Assembly: GCA_038896555.1 (NCBI GenBank)
Contig: JAWACZ010000005.1
Span: forward strand, 1-63,470
From: Candidatus Caldarchaeum sp.
GTDB lineage: Archaea; Thermoproteota; Nitrososphaeria_A; Caldarchaeales; Caldarchaeaceae
Reading direction: 5' to 3'
Length of the DNA stretch: 63,470 nt
The position numbers were made by a program, and so were the translations under genes. The notes under the pieces are model-generated. The model did not search any database. It was not told the origin of the DNA and saw only the letters and a program-made list of their open reading frames with translations. Positions 56,211 to 63,470 of this stretch are shown here, in pieces; position 1 is the stretch's first letter; every line of letters begins with the position of its first letter.

Positions 56211-58181
56211 CTACTCCTGTTGGAGAAATGGTAGTATTTTCTCAAAGAAGTCTAGGCTTTCAGGGTTTACCAACGCGTCTCTGTTGACTACCTTCCTACC
56301 GTTGATAATGTTCGACACAGCTATCTCCACTTTCTTCATATTGTATGTGTAGGGGATGTCAGGCGCTTCGATGATCATGGCTGGAACATGTCTTGGCGAG
56401 GCTCTCTCCCTAAGCTCTTTCTTCAATTTTTCCTTCAACTCTTCGGTCAGCTCATAACCTTTGGCCATTTTAACGAAAAGAATAATCCTCTGGTCTCCCT
56501 TCCAGTTCTGGCCCACGGCGATGCTGTCCGCAACCTCTTTAAAGCTCTCGACTATTCTGTAGATTTCAGCCGTTCCTATCCTGACACCCGACGGCTTCAG
56601 AACGGCGTCAGACCTCCCTAAAAAAGTGATGCCTCCGGTGTCGCTGTGGAATATTACGAAGTCGCCGTGCCTCCACACGCGTTTATGGGTATAGAACCTG
56701 AAGTAAGAGTCTAGGTATCTTTCATTCTCTGGGTCGTTCAGGAAGTAAAGCGGCATCGAAGGCGCCGGCGCCTCGCAAACAAGCTCACCCGTCTTATCGT
56801 ACACCGGCTCACCATCCTCGTCGTAGCATTTTATCTTCATTCCAAGAGCAGGCGACTGCAGCTGGCCAGCGTACACGGGAAGAGTTGGACTGCCGATGGC
56901 AAAACATCCGTTGATGTCTGTTCCTCCAGATATGGAGTTAAAGTGATGGTCTTTCTTTATTTCCCGGTATACCCATTCGAAACCGTCGGCCGACAGCGGG
57001 GAACCTGTCTGAGATATTTCACGAAGCGATGAGAGGTCGAAACTGTTCCGAGGCGAGGCGTTGACGCTTCTCAGATAGTTGATGTAGCTCGCGCTGCAGC
57101 CGAAGAACGTGACCTGATGCTCGTCAACAAGCCTCCACATAGTTTTCCAGTTGGGATAATTTGGGTCGCCGTCATAAAGGAGTATGGTTGACCCGACTGC
57201 AAGAGAAGTCATCATCCAGTTCCACATCATCCAGCTCGGTGAGGTTATGTATGTTATCACGTCGTCAGGCTTTAGGTCGCTGTGAATTACGAGTTCTTTT
57301 AGATGGTTGACAAGTATTCCAGCTACTGACTGAACCATGCACTTCGGCTTACCCGTCGTCCCCGAAGAAAACATTATGTAAACTGGCGTCGATGAGTCAA
57401 CCTGCTCGAAGATGAAATCATTCCCTCTGCTCATAAAATCCTCGTAGGATACGGCTTTGTCGATAAAATCTATTTTGGATCTGTCGCGGAGATAGGGGAC
57501 GACGATTACACTCTTTATTGACGGGATTCTCTTCACTATTTTCGCCACCCTCTCCAGGACGTTGAAGCTTTTCCCCCTGTAGTGGTAGCCGTCGACGGTG
57601 AACATCACTTTCGGGCTGACTTGCTCAAACCTGTCAACGGCTGCGTCGACTCCAATCTCGGTGCCGGCGGAAGACCATGCCGCTCCAAGGGAGGTAGCGG
57701 CAAGCATGGCTATGCATGTTTCGGCGGTGTTTGGCATGTAGCCTACGACCCTGTCACCCACGCCGACACCAACCTCCCTCAAACCTACTGCGATGCCAGC
57801 AGCCTTACGATAGACCTCCAGATACGACAGCTTCCTGAGAGAGCCGTCTTCTCTGACAGCGATTAAGGCAGTTTTGTCATCTCTTCTCCTGAGAAGGTTT
57901 TCGGCAAAGTTGAGTCTTGCGCCAGCGAACCATGAGGCTCCTGGAAACTTGTTGAGGTCATCAACAACTTGGTTGTATCGTTTTGATGCTTTAACTTCCA
58001 CAAAATTCCAGACAGTATCCCAAAAGGCAGGGATGTTTTCAACGGACCAGTCGTAGAGCTGGAAATATGCTTTGTCCTTGTACGGGTCTATGTCAAGCCC
58101 GTTTCTCCTGTCGGCGTACTCAATGAAACGGGTCATGTCGGCTTTTTCGACAACATCGTCGGAAGGCTTCCAGAGGAGCAA
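56211..58181 (-). CDS. Acetoacetyl-CoA synthetase (AMP-forming acyl-CoA synthetase family)
   Basis: The N-terminus LWKPSDDVVEKADMTRF...LYDWSVENIPAFWDTVW is typical of acetoacetate-CoA ligases. The AMP-binding motif is MFSSGTTGKPK. 656 aa. Confidence 0.8.
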   Translation of the reverse strand: MLLWKPSDDVVEKADMTRFIEYADRRNGLDIDPYKDKAYFQLYDWSVENIPAFWDTVWNFVEVKASKRYNQVVDDLNKFPGASWFAGARLNFAENLLRRRDDKTALIAVREDGSLRKLSYLEVYRKAAGIAVGLREVGVGVGDRVVGYMPNTAETCIAMLAATSLGAAWSSAGTEIGVDAAVDRFEQVSPKVMFTVDGYHYRGKSFNVLERVAKIVKRIPSIKSVIVVPYLRDRSKIDFIDKAVSYEDFMSRGNDFIFEQVDSSTPVYIMFSSGTTGKPKCMVQSVAGILVNHLKELVIHSDLKPDDVITYITSPSWMMWNWMMTSLAVGSTILLYDGDPNYPNWKTMWRLVDEHQVTFFGCSASYINYLRSVNASPRNSFDLSSLREISQTGSPLSADGFEWVYREIKKDHHFNSISGGTDINGCFAIGSPTLPVYAGQLQSPALGMKIKCYDEDGEPVYDKTGELVCEAPAPSMPLYFLNDPENERYLDSYFRFYTHKRVWRHGDFVIFHSDTGGITFLGRSDAVLKPSGVRIGTAEIYRIVESFKEVADSIAVGQNWKGDQRIILFVKMAKGYELTEELKEKLKKELRERASPRHVPAMIIEAPDIPYTYNMKKVEIAVSNIINGRKVVNRDALVNPESLDFFEKILPFLQQE

Positions 58182-58264
58182 CTCAGAGAAAATCCTGAGA
58201 ACGCCAGGTAATATATTATAGCGCTGTACTGTTTAAAAGGCATGCTAAACCATCTAACACAGAC

Positions 58265-58873
58265 ATGTTGGAGCTGGACTCCACGCTCTCAATAATGCTA
58301 ATCGCCATAGTCTTCCTCTTTTTCTATATTACGGGGACGGTAGCCAGCAGAAGACGTGTCGCACATCTTTTCAAGGCAGTTATGGAAGCTGTTTCAGCAG
58401 CAGGTGGAAAAGTTGTCGACGGGAGAAGGGGCACCACGACCGCGGTCCTCTCATGCAGACATATGGGTGAGCTGTCCGAGTTCTCAGTAGTTATCGGAGT
58501 CCAGTCTTGGTCAAACCCTCTGTCATACGTTGTCTCAAAGCTGATGGGGAGAAGCGACCTAGCTATCTTAAGGGCTAAAACAAGAAAAACCCCTACGGCG
58601 TCGCTGACATTCATAAAGAAGGGCACGCAAGCCGAACGCTATGCGTCTATATGGGGTAATAAGATAAACGGGGTCGACGATTATTTGATAGTCTCAGACA
58701 TGGAAGAGGTCCCGCAGGAAAAAGTCTCCTCGTTAATTGAAAGGATAAGGGGGTTGCAAAACGTTTTACTGCTTTCGATTGGTAAGAGGCTGCCTAACCT
58801 TCAGGTTTACTTTACGCCAGGGGATGCTGATGGGATAAAAGAATTGCTGTGCGTTCTAGAAAAGCTTATATAA
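58265..58873 (+). CDS. Hypothetical membrane-anchored protein
   Basis: 202 aa with one N-terminal TM helix. No family was recognised. Its 3' end overlaps the start region of the CstA ORF. Confidence 0.35.
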   Translation: MLELDSTLSIMLIAIVFLFFYITGTVASRRRVAHLFKAVMEAVSAAGGKVVDGRRGTTTAVLSCRHMGELSEFSVVIGVQSWSNPLSYVVSKLMGRSDLAILRAKTRKTPTASLTFIKKGTQAERYASIWGNKINGVDDYLIVSDMEEVPQEKVSSLIERIRGLQNVLLLSIGKRLPNLQVYFTPGDADGIKELLCVLEKLI

Positions 58874-60669
58874 GTTATATGTTCTATTTTTCTCGAAAAA
58901 TGGTTCTAGACACCCCTCTAGGTTTTACGGCGATAGGTCTTGTGGTATTTCTTGCCGCATACTCTGTGTACAGCAAAATTGTCGACCGCAGAATCTGGAG
59001 CCCTGACCGAGCTAGGCCTACCCCGGCTCACATGTACGCAGATGGCGTCGAGTTCTTCCCAGTTGGACGGTTTGTCCTATACGGCTTTCAATGGAACAGC
59101 ATCGCGGCGTTGGGTCCTATAATAGGCCCTGGTACCGCTGCGCTTGCCTTTGGATGGCTTCCGGCGTTCCTTTGGATAGTGTTCGCCGCTCTGTTCATCG
59201 GATGGGTTCAAGATTATAGTGCGATGTTCCTTTCTGTAAGGAAGGAGGGAAGGTCGTTTGGACCTATGGCCTATGAGCTGTTGGGCCCGACCGCCCGTAA
59301 GCTTCTCCTTGGCTTCTTGCTCTTCTACCTTTTGCTGATAAACGCCGCCTTCCTGTTTGTGGTCGCGACCGTTATGAACGCTTTCCCAGGCTCGTTCTGG
59401 TCGCTTCTGGTGCTGGTGATAGCTGCTGTCATAACAGGCCATCTGCTGTTCAGAGTGAAGATGAGCGTAGCCCCTGTCACTGTCCTTGCCGTTATTCTAC
59501 AAGCTATCGGAATAGCTTTGGGTGCGACGGTTCTCGCCAACGTTCCACCTCCAGGAACTTTCGTCTTCACACCGCCGCCGCCTGGTGTCGCACCCGCCGC
59601 CAACCCATACACCTACTGGCTGGTTCCATTGGTGGCCATACTGATTCTCGGCTCCCTCCTGCCTATGCCCAAGCTCATAACACCCATGAACTACATAGCT
59701 TACTACTCGCTGATACCTGCTGTCCTGCTTCTGACTTTGGGGGCGTTGGTTTCTCCGGCGACGGGAGTCAAGATTCAAGTGCCTGTGTTTAGGGGATGGG
59801 CTGAGGTTTTCACCGTCGGGCCTCTCTGGCCGGCGCTTTTCGTCACCATAGCCTGCGGCGCTATCTCGGGCTGGCACAGCCTTGTCAGCACAGGACTAAC
59901 ATCCAAGCAGATAGATGTGGAGACAGACATAAGGCCAGTCGGCGCAGGAGCCATGATCACCGAGAACCTAGTAGGGATGACCTCCTTAGCTGCGTGGGTA
60001 TCGATTCCCCTGCTGACCGTTGCTGGCGGAGCTGCTCCAGGTAACTTCGTGTTAGGGGCCACAACCCTCACATCGTCCTTGCTTGGAGGAGATGCGGTCA
60101 AACCCTTCCTGAGCATATTCTTCGCCAACTATATGGTAGGCATGGCGGTTACAATTCTAACGATACTGGGAAGGTTTTGGAGGGTGACGATGGCAGAGGT
60201 CTTCGGCGGCACACCCCTTTCGATCTTGGGCAACAAAATCATCGCCTCAATCCTGGGCTTTGTGTTCCCAATAGCTTTTGTGCTCACAGGAAGCTGGACA
60301 AACATATGGCTCTACTTCGGTGGAACAAACCAGCTGCTCGCCGGGTTCGCGCTCCTGATCGTTGGACTTTTCCTCTACGCGCAGAAACGCTTCCACTGGT
60401 ACTCCACTATACCGGGCATTTTCATGATGTTTACAACGCTTGCAGCCATATTGTACCAGACATATGTTTTCGCCGACGCAACCATTGGGGCGAAGCTTCT
60501 CCATGCAACTCAAAACATTCTCAAAAACGTTGGCGGCAACGCTGCTGTCCAAGGCATTAACGGTTTCTCAACAGCTGTCGGGGTTATAATGTTCCTCATA
60601 GGCTTGGCGATGGCTGTCTATTTCGTCAGAGGCTTCCGAAAGGCTGTGAAAGTAGAGGTAAAAGCCTAA
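58849..60669 (+). CDS. cstA: Carbon starvation protein CstA-family transporter
   Basis: Polytopic. FQWNSIAALGPIIGPGTAALAFGWLPAFLWIVFAALFIGWVQDYSAMFLSVRKEGRS matches the conserved CstA N-terminal block. The start is probably an internal Met (58879 or 58900). Confidence 0.75.
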   Translation: MRSRKAYISYMFYFSRKMVLDTPLGFTAIGLVVFLAAYSVYSKIVDRRIWSPDRARPTPAHMYADGVEFFPVGRFVLYGFQWNSIAALGPIIGPGTAALAFGWLPAFLWIVFAALFIGWVQDYSAMFLSVRKEGRSFGPMAYELLGPTARKLLLGFLLFYLLLINAAFLFVVATVMNAFPGSFWSLLVLVIAAVITGHLLFRVKMSVAPVTVLAVILQAIGIALGATVLANVPPPGTFVFTPPPPGVAPAANPYTYWLVPLVAILILGSLLPMPKLITPMNYIAYYSLIPAVLLLTLGALVSPATGVKIQVPVFRGWAEVFTVGPLWPALFVTIACGAISGWHSLVSTGLTSKQIDVETDIRPVGAGAMITENLVGMTSLAAWVSIPLLTVAGGAAPGNFVLGATTLTSSLLGGDAVKPFLSIFFANYMVGMAVTILTILGRFWRVTMAEVFGGTPLSILGNKIIASILGFVFPIAFVLTGSWTNIWLYFGGTNQLLAGFALLIVGLFLYAQKRFHWYSTIPGIFMMFTTLAAILYQTYVFADATIGAKLLHATQNILKNVGGNAAVQGINGFSTAVGVIMFLIGLAMAVYFVRGFRKAVKVEVKA

Positions 60670-60741
60670 ATCCCACATCCTTTTTTGAAGCTCCAAGGCT
60701 TTAGGGAAACATTTTTTAAATAAGTGATTGTATAGACTGGC

Positions 60742-61023
60742 GTGGCTGGGGGAAAGAAGGGAGGCATCCTCAGCAACTTCAAAAAAGCCGTGGGCGACAT
60801 GTTCTACGGCGTTGCATTACACCAGCAAGTAACATCCATACTCAAGACAAGGATGTACATGGAGCACATGTTCATCCTGATGATAATGGGTGACATGCTT
60901 GGCTTCCCCATACTGCCTCCATACTACTCGCTCCGTCTCCTGCCCTACGCCATACCCAACGTCAAAGCATGGAAACACCGGTTCTACAGGGAGAGAGACT
61001 TCACGGACGTGATTTACGGTTGA
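60742..61023 (+). CDS. Small conserved-looking protein, paralog of the 62980..63285 product (unknown family)
   Basis: 93 aa with a GTG start. TATA TTTTTTAAATAA lies about 25-30 nt upstream. It shares the block F.G....L......F..IMG..LG.P.L..Y..LR..PY..P with the other small protein. Its stop overlaps a TTG start of the following ArsA-like gene (TTGA). Confidence 0.55.
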   Translation: MAGGKKGGILSNFKKAVGDMFYGVALHQQVTSILKTRMYMEHMFILMIMGDMLGFPILPPYYSLRLLPYAIPNVKAWKHRFYRERDFTDVIYG

Positions 61024-62003
61024 AAGGGTTCAACGAGTTCCTGAGCTCAAAGCCAGACCTTAAGATGGTTATCTTCGCGGGAAAGGGTGGGTTGGGCAAG
61101 ACAACCTGTAGCGCCGCCCTCTCCTACGCCGTATGCAGCTCGAAGAAAGTCCTCTGCTTCAGCACAGACCCCCAGGCTTCGCTGAGCGACATTTTTGAGC
61201 GAAACATTTTCGGAAAGGGCGAGGTGGAGATAATCCCGAACCTTTTCGTCGTCGAAATAGACGCAGACTCGAAAATATCAGCCTACATCAACGAGATAAA
61301 ACAAAAAATAAGAAACATGTACAAAACAGAGATCCCTGCTGAGATAGAGTCATACATAGACAGCTCTGTTGCAGAGCCTGCGATGTATGAGTCAGCCACA
61401 TACGACGCCATGGCCAGCTATCTCGCCGAGGGACGTTACGGTCTTTACGTGTTTGACATGCCACCCTTCGGACATGGGATAAGAATGGTTACCATGGCGG
61501 ACATTCTCAGCGCTTGGGTTGAAAAGCTCACCGAAGCCCGTGAGAAAGCCAGGGAGTATGATGAAATAGCCCGCAGGCTCAAAGGGGAGAAACTTGTTAA
61601 GGAGGACGAGGTGTTGAACGAGCTGTACGATATCAAGAACAGGTTGACCACATTCACCGATGTCATGAAAGACAGGAATAAGGCTGCTTTCTTCATGGTC
61701 ATAACTCCGGAGCGGATGTCGATTATCGACACGGAGAAGGCTTTGGACATGTTCAAGTCTGTTGGGCTAGAGCTTGCGGGAATAGTTGTTAACAAGGTTC
61801 TTCCACCCGAGATGGCTTCAAACCCCTCCCCCTTCATAGCAAACAGGCTGAAACAGCAGAGGGAGTGCATGACCGAGATCATGGACAAGTTTGGAAAGCT
61901 TGTGATATCTATCATCCCTATGTTTCCGAAAGAGCCTAGGGGCATTGAAGGGATAGCGGCGGTTTCCCAGCCTCTTATGAGCGGAGGTGTGGTATGGACG
62001 TGA
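61020..62003 (+). CDS. ArsA/Get3-family P-loop ATPase, divergent (paralog 1)
   Basis: P-loop GKGGLGKTT, FSTDPQASLSD, and VFDMPPFGHGIRM in place of DTAPTGHTLRLL. The start could be the TTG at 61020, the ATG at 61065, or the track start at 60969. Confidence 0.75.
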   Translation: MKGFNEFLSSKPDLKMVIFAGKGGLGKTTCSAALSYAVCSSKKVLCFSTDPQASLSDIFERNIFGKGEVEIIPNLFVVEIDADSKISAYINEIKQKIRNMYKTEIPAEIESYIDSSVAEPAMYESATYDAMASYLAEGRYGLYVFDMPPFGHGIRMVTMADILSAWVEKLTEAREKAREYDEIARRLKGEKLVKEDEVLNELYDIKNRLTTFTDVMKDRNKAAFFMVITPERMSIIDTEKALDMFKSVGLELAGIVVNKVLPPEMASNPSPFIANRLKQQRECMTEIMDKFGKLVISIIPMFPKEPRGIEGIAAVSQPLMSGGVVWT

Positions 62004-62983
62004 AAGAACTAGCCAAAGCAAAGTACATCTTCGTAGGCGGTAAAGGGGGTGTGGGAAAAACTGTGTCAGCCGGCGCCATGGCCGCTGAGATAGCCCGTCA
62101 AGAGAAGAAGGTGCTTCTGGCAAGCCTGAACCCAGTACACTCGTTGAGCAGCCTTTTTATGCAAGACCTTTCGGGAGGCACTTTCAAAAACGTGCAAGGG
62201 GTTGAAGGGCTAACAGCGATAGAGGTGGAGATAAACGATCTCATCGAAAGATACAGGTCTAACATGGCTGCTAGACTGAAAGAGTTCTTCAAATGGGCTG
62301 AGATACCTATAAACCCCGACCCCTTCATACAGATAGCTACAACAAACCCAGCTTTCCAAGAGTCTGCGATGTTTGACAAAGTGATGGACATCATAGTTGG
62401 CGAGGCGGAGAAATATGATGTGGTTGTGTTCGACACGGCAGCGGTTGCCAACGCAGTCAGGTTAATCGGGTTGAGCAAGCTGTACGGGCTGTGGCTTGCG
62501 AGAATGATGCAGTCACGCAGGGAGGCTCAAGAATACAGGCTAAGGCTTTCCGTCAGAAAGGAGAAGGTTATGGAGGAGATCAAAAAAGACCCTGTAGTGG
62601 CAGACCTTTTATCACTTTACGAAAAATTCACAAAAAGCCGTGAGGCTTTGACAGACCCTTCAAAGACACTTTTCTACTTCGTTACGACACCCGAGTCTCT
62701 TCCAATATCTGTCGTGAAGAGGTTCATAAACATGGTGCAGGCTTTCAACATTCCGGTAGGGGGGATATTTGTAAACATGGTTTTGGACCGGGCGGATGTA
62801 TCTTCCGACCCGACGGGATATTTACGGTCAAAGTGGGAGGAACAGCATCACTACCTTGACATAATAAACAGAGACCTTGGAGAGCATGTCAAAGGCTATA
62901 TCCGAATGTATCCTACCGAGATAAGAGGCTTAGAGGCTTTAAACAACGTAATTAAAGATGTTTATGAGTTTACTCCAAGCTAG
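61994..62983 (+). CDS. ArsA/Get3-family P-loop ATPase, divergent (paralog 2)
   Basis: P-loop GGKGGVGKT, ASLNPVHSLSS, and VFDTAAVANAVRL (the switch-II His is lost). Its start overlaps the upstream gene by 10 nt. Confidence 0.75.
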   Translation: MDVKELAKAKYIFVGGKGGVGKTVSAGAMAAEIARQEKKVLLASLNPVHSLSSLFMQDLSGGTFKNVQGVEGLTAIEVEINDLIERYRSNMAARLKEFFKWAEIPINPDPFIQIATTNPAFQESAMFDKVMDIIVGEAEKYDVVVFDTAAVANAVRLIGLSKLYGLWLARMMQSRREAQEYRLRLSVRKEKVMEEIKKDPVVADLLSLYEKFTKSREALTDPSKTLFYFVTTPESLPISVVKRFINMVQAFNIPVGGIFVNMVLDRADVSSDPTGYLRSKWEEQHHYLDIINRDLGEHVKGYIRMYPTEIRGLEALNNVIKDVYEFTPS

Positions 62984-63285
62984 TGAACTGCAGGCCCTTC
63001 GCGCAGAAGCTCCAGCAGGTCGACGTCTCTCAAAAGCCTCATCCTCGCTCTCTCGAGGTCGGGCATCAGGTAGGGAATTATCCTGAGCGTGAAGTAGTTT
63101 CCGAGAAGCGGTATGCCTAGGAACTCGCCCATGATAAGGGAGAAAAATATGTCGTCGTACTTCAGCTTGAGACGGAGAACGTTCTGGTAAAGACCTAGGA
63201 TTAGTGCTCCGAAGAAAAAGTCGCGTAGAGCCTGTTTGAGCCCCGCCGTCTTCGAGCCTAAACGGTATTTCTCCGACTCAGCCAC
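62980..63285 (-). CDS. Small protein, paralog of the 60742..61023 product (unknown family)
   Basis: 101 aa. It shares FFFGALILGLYQNVL...IFFSLIMGEFLGIPLLGNYFTLRIIPYLMP with the other small protein. Its stop codon overlaps the stop of the convergent ArsA-like gene at a CTAG. Confidence 0.55.
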   Translation of the reverse strand: MAESEKYRLGSKTAGLKQALRDFFFGALILGLYQNVLRLKLKYDDIFFSLIMGEFLGIPLLGNYFTLRIIPYLMPDLERARMRLLRDVDLLELLREGPAVH

Positions 63286-63470
63286 GCCTCCTCCACCGCC
63301 AGCTTCAACCCATCCCAGTCGATGAAGCCGTCGGAAACCTTTTTTCCATCTACCACCACGGCAGGCCTTCTCCAGATACGGTGGCGGAGACTTTTTAGGA
63401 AACCCATGGGCGATATCAGGTTGACCATCTCCACCTCAACGTTCATCCGACGGCCTTTGAACGACTGTTT
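63258..63470 (-). CDS. Small thioredoxin-fold-like protein, probably 5'-truncated by the window edge
   Basis: RRPAVVVDGKKVSDGFIDWDGLKLAVEEA resembles the C-terminal half of small redox-active disulfide (glutaredoxin-like) proteins. The frame stays open to the window end, so the N-terminus, including any CxxC, is not visible. Confidence 0.35.
   Translation of the reverse strand, partial: KQSFKGRRMNVEVEMVNLISPMGFLKSLRHRIWRRPAVVVDGKKVSDGFIDWDGLKLAVEEAWLSRRNTV

Noticed and set aside
60969-62983. The ArsA-like pair as an arsenite efflux ATPase
   Set aside because: There are no arsB/acr3, arsD, arsR or arsC genes. The metalloid-binding Cys residues and the DTAPTGH signature are not conserved. The two are separate single-domain genes rather than the fused A1-A2 ArsA.

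Overview
This is an archaeal chromosomal segment. The evidence is an archaeal 16S 5' end, a 5S rRNA, four tRNAs (two with introns), RtcB, TatA and the small subunit of DNA polymerase D. TATA-like boxes also sit about 25-30 nt upstream of many start codons, so transcripts appear largely leaderless. Finding PolD together with a non-canonical tRNA intron suggests a TACK-type archaeon outside the classical Thermoprotei; this is inference only.

Content from left to right:
- 1-1616: partial 16S rRNA (-) and a divergent 5S rRNA (+), separated by a frameshifted YbaK/ProX-like gene.
- 1618-4463: a ModE-like regulator and a molybdate/tungstate ABC transporter.
- 4501-16121: tRNA-Trp, then housekeeping and membrane genes (XRE regulator, membrane-anchored Hsp20-like protein, UPF0182, a TPP enzyme, a multiply disrupted GT39-like glycosyltransferase, a PRC-barrel/Zn-ribbon protein, an orphan form-II CoxL-like molybdenum-cofactor (Moco) subunit, MazG, TatA).
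- 16177-16377: convergent tRNA-Val and tRNA-Arg.
- 16434-20162: an AT-rich island bracketed by IS remnants. It carries a small wHTH gene, a DNA methyltransferase with an N-terminal DCD/EVE-like reader domain, and a PD-(D/E)xK-type nuclease.
- 20164-26230: a surface-glycosylation cluster.
- 26236-26311: tRNA-Pro.
- 26529-30065: an operon of a giant surface protein, a small membrane protein and a KaiC-like ATPase.
- 30143-31201: an orphan 2-oxoacid dehydrogenase E1-alpha.
- 31312-34637: an operon of two thiolase-fold proteins that both lack the nucleophilic Cys, plus two DUF35 proteins.
- 34978-41110: ABC ATPase, acyl-CoA dehydrogenase, ThrC and RtcB.
- 41283-52578: a catabolic-looking island (ABC binding protein and permease, two tandem UbiD-family (de)carboxylases, a BKACE enzyme, a TPP enzyme, a second orphan Moco subunit).
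- 52797-60669: a beta-propeller protein, PolD small subunit, SAM methyltransferase, acetoacetyl-CoA synthetase and CstA.
- 60742-63470: two tandem divergent ArsA/Get3-like ATPases flanked by two paralogous small proteins.

No CRISPR array was seen. The best candidates for something new are the DCD-methyltransferase/nuclease island, the Cys-less thiolase/DUF35 four-gene module, and the ArsA-pair/small-paralog module. All functional calls come from motif recognition by eye. No database search or computation was run.
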